A DNA stretch of 64,000 nt from positions 90,671 through 154,670 of the forward strand of contig CAYTMW010000005.1 in the NCBI GenBank assembly GCA_964439025.1, read 5' to 3'. Below the pieces are notes generated by a model. The model had not been told where the DNA came from, made no database searches, and was given only the letters and a program-made list of their open reading frames with translations. The stretch comes from an uncultured Gemmatimonas sp. (GTDB lineage: Bacteria > Gemmatimonadota > Gemmatimonadetes > Gemmatimonadales > GWC2-71-9). Position numbers and translations under genes: made by a program. Below, piece after piece: positions 17,549 to 27,008 of this stretch (position 1 is the stretch's first letter; every line of letters begins with the position of its first letter).

Positions 17549-18423
17549 AGCCACCGGCCTTCGAGTACCATCGTCCCGACTCGCTCCACGATGCCCTGGC
17601 ACTGTTGGGCGAGCACCCCGGGGCCAAGCCGCTCGCGGGGGGCCAGAGCCTCATCCCGGCGATGAATTTCCGGCTCGCCGAGCCGGATGTGCTCATCGAT
17701 CTCAACGCCCTGGAGGAGCTCACCGGCATCGACGAAACAGCAGATGGCGGGCTCCGCATCGGCGCGATGACGCGGCACAGCGCGGTGGAGCTGAGCGCGG
17801 TGGTGGCGGTGCGCGCACCGCTGCTCGCCGCCGCGATGCCCTTCATCGCGCACTGCCAGATCCGGAATCGCGGCACCATCGGGGGAAGCCTGGCCCATGC
17901 CGACCCCGCCGCCGAGCTGCCTGCGGTCATGGTGGCGCTCGAGGCGCGGCTGGTGCTGCAAAGCACGCGCGGGGAGAGGGTCGTTCCCGCCGCGGAGTTC
18001 TTCACCGGACTCTTCGCGACCGCGCTCACGGAGGGTGAGCTGATCACGGCAATCGAGATTCCGGCGCCGCCGCCGCGCACCGGCACCGCCTTCCTCGAGC
18101 TGGCACGCCGGCACGGCGACTATGCGCTGGTCGGCGTCACCGCGGTCGTGACGCTCGACTTGGCAAGTCGCGTCGCCGGCGCGCGAATCGTCCTCTTCAG
18201 TGTCGGCGAAGGGCCGGTGCGCGCGACCCATGTGGAGCAGGCGCTCGCCGGCACGGCGGGCGACGCGGGAACCGTTCAGGCCGCGGCGGAGGCCGTGCAA
18301 CGGGACATCGACCCGCCCTCCGACATCCACGCGTCGTCGGCGTATCGGCGCCAGCTCGCATCGGTGCTCACCCGGCGGGCGCTCGCTGCGGCGATCGGAC
18401 GCGCGGCGGACGCCGCGCGATGA
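17545..18423 (+). CDS. FAD-binding subunit, CoxM/CutM family
   Basis: MKPPAFEYHRP, AGGQSLIP, RNRGTIGGSLAHADPAAE, DIHASSAYR. Confidence 0.93.
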   Translation: MKPPAFEYHRPDSLHDALALLGEHPGAKPLAGGQSLIPAMNFRLAEPDVLIDLNALEELTGIDETADGGLRIGAMTRHSAVELSAVVAVRAPLLAAAMPFIAHCQIRNRGTIGGSLAHADPAAELPAVMVALEARLVLQSTRGERVVPAAEFFTGLFATALTEGELITAIEIPAPPPRTGTAFLELARRHGDYALVGVTAVVTLDLASRVAGARIVLFSVGEGPVRATHVEQALAGTAGDAGTVQAAAEAVQRDIDPPSDIHASSAYRRQLASVLTRRALAAAIGRAADAAR

Positions 18424-18450
18424 AACCCTGACCTCGTTACGGAGGCGTGA

Positions 18451-19254
18451 ATGCGGACCTACGATCTCTCCCAGCCGCTCAATCAGGAAGTCTCCTTCTG
18501 GCCGTACTATCCGCCATTCGAGGTGAAGTACATCAAGCGCAAGGCCGAGCATGGCGTGAATGCGCAGTACATCCAGACCTCGAACCACATGGGGACCCAC
18601 CTGGACGCGCCCCGGCACTTCGTGACGAACGGCCGGACGATCGACGAGATCCCGATCGAATGGCTCTGCGGCCCGGGCGTCATCGTCGATCTCCGGGACG
18701 AGATGGGCGATCTCGCGGTCTACACCCCGCAGATGATCGAGAAGCGGGTCAAGGTCAAGACCGGAGACCTCCTGATTCTCCATACCGGGTTCCACCGCTA
18801 CTCCCAGTTCGGCGCCGCGCCCGACGAGGAGCGCTACATCCACATGCACCCGGGCGCGCACCCGAGCATGGTGCCGTGGCTGCTCCGCAAGGGAATCCAC
18901 ATCTGGGGGGTGGACTGCGTCAGCACCGACCACCCGATGAATCTTCCGATCGGGCGATTCCTCGGGAAAGGCATGCACGAACACTGGGCGCGGGTGCGGG
19001 CGGCGGCGGAAGCGAAGTTCGGTGGAAAGAAAGCGGTGGACAAGATGTTTCCCGACTCGGCCTATCAGCTGACTCACAACGCGCTGTTCCCGAAGGACTG
19101 CATGCACATCGAGAACGTCGGCGGAGAAATCGACGTGCCGGAGCTGCAGAACAAGCGGTGCATCGTCGGGTGCTTCCCGTGGAAATTCCGTGGCGGCGAA
19201 GCGGCCTTCTGCCGGGCGGTGGCGTGGCTCGGCGAGTGGCCGCGGAATCCGTAG
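18451..19254 (+). CDS. Cyclase family metal-dependent hydrolase (kynurenine formamidase-like)
   Basis: [11 protein letters not shown] (HxGTHxDxPxH) signature, GVDCVS, HIEN. Confidence 0.9.
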   Translation: MRTYDLSQPLNQEVSFWPYYPPFEVKYIKRKAEHGVNAQYIQTSNHMGTHLDAPRHFVTNGRTIDEIPIEWLCGPGVIVDLRDEMGDLAVYTPQMIEKRVKVKTGDLLILHTGFHRYSQFGAAPDEERYIHMHPGAHPSMVPWLLRKGIHIWGVDCVSTDHPMNLPIGRFLGKGMHEHWARVRAAAEAKFGGKKAVDKMFPDSAYQLTHNALFPKDCMHIENVGGEIDVPELQNKRCIVGCFPWKFRGGEAAFCRAVAWLGEWPRNP

Positions 19255-19304
19255 TTCCGCGGCCAAAGACCCCGTGCCCACGCGCATTCGCTCCGGTGCG
19301 GGGA

Positions 19305-19768
19305 CTGTGGGATCCACAGATTTCACAGACCACACAGATTGGACAGACACAGGAGAAGAGAAGGGATCCTGAGACCTACGCCATCATCGGGGCGGCAATG
19401 GATGTCCACCGGACCCTCGGGCCCGGTTTTCTCGAATTGGTTTATCGGGAAGCATTGGGATTCGAGCTGGCGTTGCGAGGCATTCCGTATGTCCGGGAGA
19501 TCGAAATACCAATCCACTACAAAGGCATACCGTTGGCGGTTCGTGTATCGCGCCGATTGTGTTTATTTCAGGGATGTACTCGTGGAGTTGAAGGCTTTGA
19601 ATCGCCTCACAACCATCGATGACGCGCAGGTCATCAACTACCTAGTCGCGACCAGGCTCGGCCGGGGAATCCCTTTGAACTTCGGACGCACATCCCGTCA
19701 ATACAGACGATTCGCGGGCCCCACCCTCTCTGCCGCTTCTTCATCTGTGCAATCTGTGGATCCCACAG
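19305..19768. mobile_element. Putative GxxExxY cassette bounded by hairpin-ended inverted repeats of 9-bp tandem units
   Basis: CTGTGGGATCCACAGATT (19305-19322) is the exact reverse complement of 19751-19768. The match extends to 24/25 nt, followed by CACAGAnnn units. It encloses only the GxxExxY gene. Mobility is inferred. Confidence 0.6.
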
Positions 19769-19782
19769 ATCGGCGGCTATGA
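19311..19782 (+). pseudogene. GxxExxY protein (PD-(D/E)XK nuclease-like), frameshifted
   Basis: One frame reads [32 protein letters not shown]...IPIHYKG. A +1 shift near 19533-19546 leads to YRADCV...VLVELKA...AQVINYL...LNFG. No clear start codon; the stop overlaps the amidase ATG (ATGA). Confidence 0.85.
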
Positions 19783-21173
19783 CCCGACTGCCAAGCGCAA
19801 TGGAAACGGCGCGACGGGTGCTCGCCGGTGAGGTCTCTCCTGTGGAGGTGGTGGAAGCCGCGCTTGCGAGAGTGGAGCGACACAACCCCGCCCTCAACGC
19901 CATCGTCACACTCAACGAGCGGGCGCTCGACGACGCCCGCGCCCTCGAGCGGCGCATCGCGAAGGGAGAAGACGTCGGCCCGCTCGCCGGCGTGCCGGTC
20001 GGCATCAAGGACGTCACCCAGGTGGCCGGACTTCGCACGACCTTCGGCTCCCAGATTTACAAGGACCACGTCCCCACCGAGGATGCGCTGGTGGTGCAGC
20101 GACTGCGCTCCGCCGGCGCCATCATCCTTGGCAAGACGAACACCCCCGAGTTTGCGGCGGGCGGCAACACCTGGAACGATGTGTTCGGGCGCACCCGGAA
20201 TCCCTGGAATCCCGCGAAGAGCGCGGGCGGCTCGACCGGCGGCGGCGCGGTCGGCCTGGCGACCGGGATGATCGCGCTCGCCGAAGGTACCGATCTCGGT
20301 GGATCGCTCCGGATCCCCGCGTCGTTCTGCGGCGTCGTCGGACTCCGGCCTTGCCCCGGCCTGGTCCCGACGTATCCCTCCGATCTGGTCTGGGACACGC
20401 TGCAAGTCACCGGTCCGATGGCGCGGAACGCGGAAGATGTCGCCCTCATGTTGCAGGCGATCGCAGGACCGAGTCCGCTGGCCCCGCTTCGCCAGCCGGT
20501 GGCCGGCCGCGATTTCGTCGCGGCGGTGCGACGCGGCCCGCGACCGGGGCTCCGCGTCGCCTATTGCCCCGACATCGCGGGCATCGGCATCGAGGCGGAT
20601 GTCGAATCGGTGTGCCGGAACGCCGCGGCGGGGCTCAGCTCCGCAGGGATCGCGGTCGATCTCATCGAGCTCGACCTGTCGGCGGGACGCGATGCGTTCC
20701 TGGCGCTGCGCGGCCACTGGTTCTCGGCCTGGATGTCCGAGCGTCTCGATCAGCTCGACGGCTTCGGCGTCAACGTGACAAACAATACCCGTGCCGGGAT
20801 TGCTGCCTCGGGTCGCGATCTCGGCGCCGCCGAAACGGTGCGCGGAAAGATCTGGCACCGGTTCCGGGCCCTCTTCGAGCGCTACGACCACCTGCTCACC
20901 CCGACGATGGCGGTGCCGCCGTTCCCCGTCGAACAGAATTACCCGGAGACCGTCGCAGGCAAGGCGATGAAGACCTACGTTGACTGGCTCGCGCCGACGT
21001 TTGTGCTGAGCCTCACCGGACTTCCGGTGGCCTCGGTGCCCTGCGGACTCGACTCAGACGAGATGCCGGTGGGACTGCAGATTGTCGGCCGGCCCGAAGG
21101 AGAGGAGGAAGTGCTCGCGCTGGCGGGCCGTATTCAGGAGATCTATCCGATCAGTCTCACGCCCGGGACATAA
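19779..21173 (+). CDS. Amidase signature family protein
   Basis: GPLAGVPVGIKD, GKTNTPEF, GGSTGG and GTDLGGSLRIPA (Ser-cisSer-Lys triad). Confidence 0.95.
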   Translation: MTRLPSAMETARRVLAGEVSPVEVVEAALARVERHNPALNAIVTLNERALDDARALERRIAKGEDVGPLAGVPVGIKDVTQVAGLRTTFGSQIYKDHVPTEDALVVQRLRSAGAIILGKTNTPEFAAGGNTWNDVFGRTRNPWNPAKSAGGSTGGGAVGLATGMIALAEGTDLGGSLRIPASFCGVVGLRPCPGLVPTYPSDLVWDTLQVTGPMARNAEDVALMLQAIAGPSPLAPLRQPVAGRDFVAAVRRGPRPGLRVAYCPDIAGIGIEADVESVCRNAAAGLSSAGIAVDLIELDLSAGRDAFLALRGHWFSAWMSERLDQLDGFGVNVTNNTRAGIAASGRDLGAAETVRGKIWHRFRALFERYDHLLTPTMAVPPFPVEQNYPETVAGKAMKTYVDWLAPTFVLSLTGLPVASVPCGLDSDEMPVGLQIVGRPEGEEEVLALAGRIQEIYPISLTPGT

Positions 21174-21190
21174 CCCGCCGCCGAGGCCCG

Positions 21191-22675
21191 CTAGAAGAGT
21201 TTGGTCACCTCCGGTTTCATCACCTTGCCCATCGCGTTTCGCGGGAGCGCAGTCACACAGCGCAGCGCACGTGGCACCTTGTAGGGGGCGAGCCGCTCGC
21301 GAGCCCAGGCCTGCATCTCCTCCAGGCTCAGCGACGCACCGGGACGGAGCTCGACCGCCACGGAGACCTTGTCACCCCACTCCACATCGGGAACGCCAAC
21401 CACCGCGCATTCCCCGACCGCCGGATGCGTCCGCAACTCCTCCTCGATCTCGAGCGCGGAGACCTTGAAGCCGCCGGTCTTGAGGATGTCCACGCTGCTC
21501 CTGCCGAGGATGCGATAGGCCCCGTCTTCGATGAGCGCGGTGTCGCCAGTGCGGAACCAGCCGTCGCGGAACGCCTCGCGCGTCGCGTCGGGGCGGCGCC
21601 AGTACTCCCGGAAGACGTTGCGTCCCCGCACCTCGATCTCTCCCGGTGCGCCGGGGGCGGAAGGCATGCCCTGGTCGTCCACCAGCCGTACGGCAACACC
21701 GGGGAGCGGAATGCCCACCGACCCCGGCCGCCGTTCTCCGTGGAGGGGATTCGAGAGCGCCATGCCGATCTCGGTCATGCCGTACCGCTCGAGGAGGGTG
21801 TGGCCGCTTATTTCCCGCCACCGCTCGAGCGTCTGCACCGGGAGCGCCGCCGATCCCGACACCATGAGGCGCATCGCGCTGCACCCGGCCGACATTGCCT
21901 GGCGCGCTGGGGAATCGGCGGCCTCCCATGCGACAATCAGGCGGGAGTAGATCGTCGGCACGGCCATGAAGAGCGTGAGACGTCCGGTGGCGATTCGCGC
22001 CCAGGTTTCGCCGGCGTCGAATTTCGGCAGGATGGCGCAATTGGCTCCGGCCCAGAACGCGCAGCACACCACGTTGACGATGCCATGCACATGGTGCAGC
22101 GGCAGGACCAGGAGAATTCGGTCGTCGGCGGTCCATTCCCAGGCCTGGATCAGGGCGGTGATCTGGGCCTCGAGATTCTCGTGGGTGGTGACGACACCCT
22201 TGGGCTTTCCGGTCGTCCCGCTGGTGTACACCATCATCGCGCGGGATCGGGGCGCGACGGTGGGGAGCGGTCGGGGTGTGGCGCCGAGCGCCTCCGATGT
22301 CAGGAGAAAACGAGCGCCCGCGGACGACGCGAGAGGCGCGATGATCGGCGCCGAGCCGGGATCGGAGACGACGATCGACGCCCCGGCGTCGCGGATGACG
22401 TAATCGAGCTCGGCGGGCGGATGCGAGAGCGCCAGCGGCACCGCAATCCCGCCGGCCCGCCAGATACCCCACTGGACCGCGATGTGATCGAAGCCCGGAG
22501 GAATGAAGTAGGCGACGCGGGCTTCTTCGAGATCCTTCCGGTCCGCCAGAAGCGCGGCGGCTACCCGCGCCGATGCGTCCAGCAGGTCGTCATAGGTGTG
22601 TGAGCCGGCGACATCGACGATGGCCGGGCGCGCTCCATGCCCGCGCGCGCGCGCCACCAGGGGGAGGCTCTCCAT
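21191..22675 (-). CDS. Acyl-CoA synthetase (malonyl-CoA synthetase/ACSF3-like)
   Basis: YTSGTTGKPKG, LPLHHVHG, ERYGMTE, FRTGD, LPRNAMGK. Confidence 0.92.
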   Translation of the reverse strand: MESLPLVARARGHGARPAIVDVAGSHTYDDLLDASARVAAALLADRKDLEEARVAYFIPPGFDHIAVQWGIWRAGGIAVPLALSHPPAELDYVIRDAGASIVVSDPGSAPIIAPLASSAGARFLLTSEALGATPRPLPTVAPRSRAMMVYTSGTTGKPKGVVTTHENLEAQITALIQAWEWTADDRILLVLPLHHVHGIVNVVCCAFWAGANCAILPKFDAGETWARIATGRLTLFMAVPTIYSRLIVAWEAADSPARQAMSAGCSAMRLMVSGSAALPVQTLERWREISGHTLLERYGMTEIGMALSNPLHGERRPGSVGIPLPGVAVRLVDDQGMPSAPGAPGEIEVRGRNVFREYWRRPDATREAFRDGWFRTGDTALIEDGAYRILGRSSVDILKTGGFKVSALEIEEELRTHPAVGECAVVGVPDVEWGDKVSVAVELRPGASLSLEEMQAWARERLAPYKVPRALRCVTALPRNAMGKVMKPEVTKLF

Positions 22676-22724
22676 GCCCCAAGAAACGATTCGCGCCGTC
22701 CGTGGGCAAGAGCGGGCTGGAAAC

Positions 22725-23010
22725 CTATTCCCCTCGCAGCACAAGCGCGGGGTCGGCGCGTGTGGCCCGGCGCGCGGGGACCCAGCACGTGAGGAGCGCC
22801 ACGCCGAGGAAGAGCACCGGTGAGATCGCCAGCACCACAGGGTCACCTGGGGTCACCTGGTAAAGCAACGCGGAGAGCTGGCGGGTGATGAGCCAGCCGA
22901 TCTCGAGTCCTGCCGCGGCGCCGAGGCCGGAAAGCGCCGCAGCGAGCGAAGCGAAAAATTCCATGAGCCAGGCGCGAAACCGCTGCGAGCCCGTGGCGTC
23001 TCGCACCACG
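22725..23010 (-). pseudogene. C-terminal remnant of an ADOP/FtsX permease
   Basis: QRFRAWLMEFFASLA is joined to LLYQVTPGDP...CWVPARRATRADPALVLRGE. The GIYGV/EIGIRMALGA segment and the whole N-terminus are missing. Confidence 0.75.
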
Positions 23011-23080
23011 TCCGTCGCCGGCGCACAGCCGGCACCTCGGCCCTCGATTCCCGCGCTGCCCTGGCGTCAAGCGCGCGCAG

Positions 23081-23563
23081 TCAGCGGGGGCGCGACGCGA
23101 GCCAGGCGCTGAGCGGGACCAGGACGTGAAGCCCTGCGCCGAGCAGGATGCCGGCGCGGACCCCAGCGGGAGGCCACCGCAGCCGGGAGTCCCGAATGAT
23201 CCGGAGCCCGAGCGGGATCCAGAGCAGGGTTCCGGTGACCAGCCCCGGGGAGTAGCTCCAGGTGAGCAGGCTCGCGACCAGATGGCCGGTGCCGTTGATC
23301 AGGACCACGGTGCCCAGCGGGAGGACGAGCCACTGCGCCGGAGCGAACAGCATCCCCACCAGGACGCACGCCGTCATTATCACGAAAAACGTTGCATTCA
23401 GACTGAGAAACACATCTTCGGTGAGGGTCAATCCGGTCCGGGCCGATGCCCAGGCGGGAAATCCGAACGAGTACTCCTCGAGGATGTGCAGGGCGAACGT
23501 GACCAGAAGGAGGATGCCCAGCTGGACCGTTCCGATGGTGCGGGGCGCGGGGAAGACGAGCAT
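23081..23563 (-). CDS. HXXEE domain membrane protein
   Basis: LHILEEY motif, NGTGH, YSPGLVTG; hydrophobic. Confidence 0.85.
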   Translation of the reverse strand: MLVFPAPRTIGTVQLGILLLVTFALHILEEYSFGFPAWASARTGLTLTEDVFLSLNATFFVIMTACVLVGMLFAPAQWLVLPLGTVVLINGTGHLVASLLTWSYSPGLVTGTLLWIPLGLRIIRDSRLRWPPAGVRAGILLGAGLHVLVPLSAWLASRPR

Positions 23564-23592
23564 TCCCAAAGCTACTCTCTAGATTCCGCCCG

Positions 23593-24741
23593 ATGCCGGT
23601 TCCCACGTTCCACTCCTGTTTCGCGATCACTCCGCCCGGGGTCGAGGGTCTCACCGCCGGAGAGCTCACGCTGCTCGGGATCACCCCCGGTGCCGTCGAG
23701 CCGGGCGGAGTCGGGTTCGATGCGACCGCTCGGCAGCTCTATGCGGCCAATCTCGAGCTCCGGACCGCCAGCCGCATCGTGGTCCGAATCGCCGAATTCC
23801 CGGCTCGCGCGTTTTATGAGCTGGAGCGTAAGGCAAAACGGGTACCCTGGAGTGAGTTCGTTACGCCAGGGACCCCGGTCCGGTTCCGGGTGACGAGCAG
23901 GAAATCACGACTCTACCATCTCGACGCCATCGCGGAACGACTGCAAAACTGCGTCAACGGTCAACGGTCAACGGTCAAAGGGAAAAACCTTGTTGGCGAC
24001 GATCTCGAAGAGGCGGAGGGCGAGAATCCGGACCAGTTATTCAACGTCCGGGTGATCCGCGACGTCATCACCATCAGCGCCGACAGCTCCGGGGCGCTGC
24101 TGCACCGGCGGGGCTACCGGCTCGCCGGCGCCAAGGCGCCGCTGCGTGAAACGCTGGCGGCCGCGATGCTGTTGGGGGCGGGCTATCGCGAGGGCATGCC
24201 GATGGTCGACCCCTTCTGCGGATCGGGGACGCTCCCGATCGAGGCCGCGCTCATCAGCCGGAGGATCGCGCCGGGACTCCGGCGCCGGTTCGCGTTCGAG
24301 AGGTGGCCGAAGTTCGACCCCGCAGTGTGGAACGAGCTCAGGTCAGAGGCTGTCGCGCGGATCCAGGCCGAGGCCCCCGCGCCGATCATCGGCAGCGACC
24401 GGGATGCCGGTGCAATCGCCGCTGCGCGAGGGAATGCGGAGCGGGCCGGGGTCGGGATGGATGTCATATTCAAGGAGGAGGCGATTTCGGGCGTCACGCC
24501 GCCGCCCGGTCCGGGACTCCTCGCCACCAATCCACCCTACGGGATACGGATCGGCGGCGAGCAGGACCTGCGTGACCTCTTTGCCCGATTCGGTGCGCTG
24601 GTCCGGGAGCGCTGGCAGGGGTGGACGGTCGCGATGATTTCGGCCAGCGAGATGCCGGAGCGCGAGATGCGCCTGTCGTTTGCGGTACGCTGGGAATCCA
24701 ACAATGGCGGCATTCCGATCCGCCTCCTCGTCAGCACCTAA
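23593..24741 (+). CDS. THUMP-domain class I SAM-dependent RNA methyltransferase (RlmL N-terminal-like)
   Basis: ANLELRTASRI, DSSG.LLHRRGYR, APLRETLAAA, DPFCGSGT, NPPYG. Confidence 0.92.
   Translation: MPVPTFHSCFAITPPGVEGLTAGELTLLGITPGAVEPGGVGFDATARQLYAANLELRTASRIVVRIAEFPARAFYELERKAKRVPWSEFVTPGTPVRFRVTSRKSRLYHLDAIAERLQNCVNGQRSTVKGKNLVGDDLEEAEGENPDQLFNVRVIRDVITISADSSGALLHRRGYRLAGAKAPLRETLAAAMLLGAGYREGMPMVDPFCGSGTLPIEAALISRRIAPGLRRRFAFERWPKFDPAVWNELRSEAVARIQAEAPAPIIGSDRDAGAIAAARGNAERAGVGMDVIFKEEAISGVTPPPGPGLLATNPPYGIRIGGEQDLRDLFARFGALVRERWQGWTVAMISASEMPEREMRLSFAVRWESNNGGIPIRLLVST
23953..23980 (+). repeat. Heptamer tandem tract GTCAACG x3 + GTCAAAG inside the methyltransferase CDS
   Basis: Read directly; encodes VNGQRSTVK in a linker-like region. 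Confidence 0.8.
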
Positions 24742-24763
24742 CACCGCACGAAAGGAATTCTCG

Positions 24764-25204
24764 ATGCGACTCGCGTTCGCGATCCTCGCAACCGTCGCTC
24801 TGGTGCTCGCACCGTCCGGCCGCGCCGTCGCCCAGGGCGGTCCCGGCGAGGCGATCCGCCAGGTCGAAACCCGGCGATTTGCCGCCATGATGAAGGGGGA
24901 TACGACCGCGTTAGGGCGGCATCTTGCCGAGGAGCTGGTCTACACCCACTCGAACGCGCTGGTCGAGACCCGGGCGGCGCACCTCGAGGCCATCGCGACG
25001 AGGCGCACGATCTACGAATCGATCGCCCCGGTGCAAATGTCCTATCGATGGTATGGAGAGACGGCGTTGGGGACGGGGATCGTCAAATCGAAGGGCTCGA
25101 TCGGCGGCACCGTGTTCGACGTGACACTCCGGGTCACGACGGTGCACGTGCAGCGCGGCGGGCAGTGGCTGCTGCTCGCGTGGCAATCCACGCGCGTCCC
25201 TTAG
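24764..25204 (+). CDS. NTF2-like (DUF4440) exported protein
   Basis: Signal peptide, RRFAAM, LVYTHSN, W.LLAWQST; AAGGA Shine-Dalgarno. Confidence 0.85.
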   Translation: MRLAFAILATVALVLAPSGRAVAQGGPGEAIRQVETRRFAAMMKGDTTALGRHLAEELVYTHSNALVETRAAHLEAIATRRTIYESIAPVQMSYRWYGETALGTGIVKSKGSIGGTVFDVTLRVTTVHVQRGGQWLLLAWQSTRVP

Positions 25205-26115
25205 CCCCCCTGGAGCTCGCTCCGGATACGCGTCAGGATTGCCTTCGTTTTCGCGATGCCTTCCCGCTCGCCGAGACGCTCGCCTTCATACTCGATGCCG
25301 ATCCAGCCATGAAATCCGGCTCCGGTCACGATTCCGAGCATGCGGCGGAAATCGATGGTGGTTTCCTCACCGTGCGCATCGAAATCGAATGATTTGGCGC
25401 TGACCGCCTTGGCGTACGGCATCAACTCCGTGACACCCTGGTACCGGTCATAGTTCGTGAAATTGCCGAAGTCGGGAAGCGTGCCGCACCGGGGATGATT
25501 GACCAGCTTCATCACCCCCGCGAGCCATGCGCCATTCGATGATAGTCCGCCGTGGTTCTCTACAATGACGTTGATGTTGCGGGAGTCGCCGTACTCCGTG
25601 AGGGTGCGGAGGCCGTCGGCGGCGAGCTTCTGCTGCTCCTCGAAGCTCCCCTTGCTGTCCGCGTTGACCCGGATCGTGCTGCAGCCGAGGGTTGCGGCAG
25701 CATCCACCCATTTGTGGTGGTTTTCGACCGCCTTCTGCCGGAGGGCGGGGTCGGGGTCGCCGAGATCTCCCTCCGCATCGATCATGATGAGATGCTGATA
25801 GACGCCGAGGTCTTTTGAGCGGCGGTTCATCTCCGCGAGATAACCCGCGTCGGCGGCTTCGTCCTTGAAAAAGAGGTTGACGTATTCGATGGCGTCGAGA
25901 TCGAATTCCTGGCGCGCCGCTTTGGCGAAGTCGAGGTGATCGAGCTGCCCGCTCCGCAACGCCTTGTGCAGCGACCACTGGGCGAGGGATATCTTGAACG
26001 GCGGTTCCACCGGCTGGGCCGCGACCGGATGGGGAAGGGATCCCGCCAGTAGCACGCCCGCGGCTGCACCAGACGCGCGACTGAAGAATTCCCGGCGGCT
26101 CACCTGGTCCGGCAT
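25201..26115 (-). CDS. Tat-exported sugar phosphate isomerase/epimerase (TIM barrel)
   Basis: SRREFF twin-arginine signal, [27 protein letters not shown]. Confidence 0.9.
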   Translation of the reverse strand: MPDQVSRREFFSRASGAAAGVLLAGSLPHPVAAQPVEPPFKISLAQWSLHKALRSGQLDHLDFAKAARQEFDLDAIEYVNLFFKDEAADAGYLAEMNRRSKDLGVYQHLIMIDAEGDLGDPDPALRQKAVENHHKWVDAAATLGCSTIRVNADSKGSFEEQQKLAADGLRTLTEYGDSRNINVIVENHGGLSSNGAWLAGVMKLVNHPRCGTLPDFGNFTNYDRYQGVTELMPYAKAVSAKSFDFDAHGEETTIDFRRMLGIVTGAGFHGWIGIEYEGERLGEREGIAKTKAILTRIRSELQGG

Positions 26116-26120
26116 GGCTC

Positions 26121-27008
26121 GTGTCTCCTGAGCGGGTCTCCTATTCTAGTCCGGCGGCTCACACGGCAACAGCGGAGGGCGGAGTGGCGGGGTGGCGCAT
26201 CGGAGTCTGCTCCTGGTCGTTCGAGCCGCGGGATGCCGACGGGCTCGCGGAGCGCGCCTCTGCCACAGGGGTCTCCGCGGTTCAGCTGGCGCTCGATCCG
26301 ATCCGGCTCGGCGTCATGGGCATCGAGGAGACGAAACGCCGTTTTCGGGAGGCGGGGCTCTCCCTCGCCTCGGGGATGATGGCGATGGAGGGCGAGGACT
26401 ATTCGACCCTCGAATCGATTCGCGAAACCGGTGGGGTGGCGCCCGACGCCACCTGGCCGGCCAATCGCAAGGCGGGGAAAGCGCTCGCGAGCATCGCGGG
26501 GGAGCTGGGCATTGGACTCGTCACCTTCCATGCCGGATTCATTCCCGACAATCCACGCCACCCATGGTGGGAAGTGATGGTGGGCCGGATCCGCGAGCTC
26601 GCGGGGCTGTTCGGAGAGCGCGGGGTACAGGTGGCGCTGGAAACCGGACAGGAGAGCGCCGTCGCGCTTTCCCGGGTGCTCGATGCCCTCACGCGGGAAC
26701 GCGTCGGCGTGAACTTCGATCCGGGAAACCTGATTCTCTACGGAAGTGGAGATCCCGTCCCGGCGCTTCACGTCCTGGCGCCGCGCGTCGCGCAGATCCA
26801 TATCAAGGACGCCCTCCCCGCGCTCGACGAAGGAAGCTGGGGAACCGAAGTCTCGGTTGGTCGTGGAGCGGTGGACTGGGTCGCACTCCTCAGCGCGCTC
26901 CGGCAGTGTCCCGAAGTGACGACGCTCGTCATCGAGCGCGAAGCCGGGACCGACCCGGTGGGCGACATCACGGAAACCCGCCGGTTTCTGGAGTCGGTCA
27001 TCGGATGA
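26121..27008 (+). CDS. Sugar phosphate isomerase/epimerase (TIM barrel)
   Basis: IGVCSWS, ALETGQE, NFDPGN, HIKDA, IERE. The true start may be further downstream. Confidence 0.85.
   Translation: MSPERVSYSSPAAHTATAEGGVAGWRIGVCSWSFEPRDADGLAERASATGVSAVQLALDPIRLGVMGIEETKRRFREAGLSLASGMMAMEGEDYSTLESIRETGGVAPDATWPANRKAGKALASIAGELGIGLVTFHAGFIPDNPRHPWWEVMVGRIRELAGLFGERGVQVALETGQESAVALSRVLDALTRERVGVNFDPGNLILYGSGDPVPALHVLAPRVAQIHIKDALPALDEGSWGTEVSVGRGAVDWVALLSALRQCPEVTTLVIEREAGTDPVGDITETRRFLESVIG

Noticed and set aside
19305-19768. Classical IS element or CRISPR/Cas4 mini-array interpretation of the GxxExxY cassette
   Set aside because: No DDE, HUH or recombinase motifs and no visible target duplication. 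The repeats are contiguous 9-mers without spacers, and the protein lacks the Cas4 cysteine cluster.
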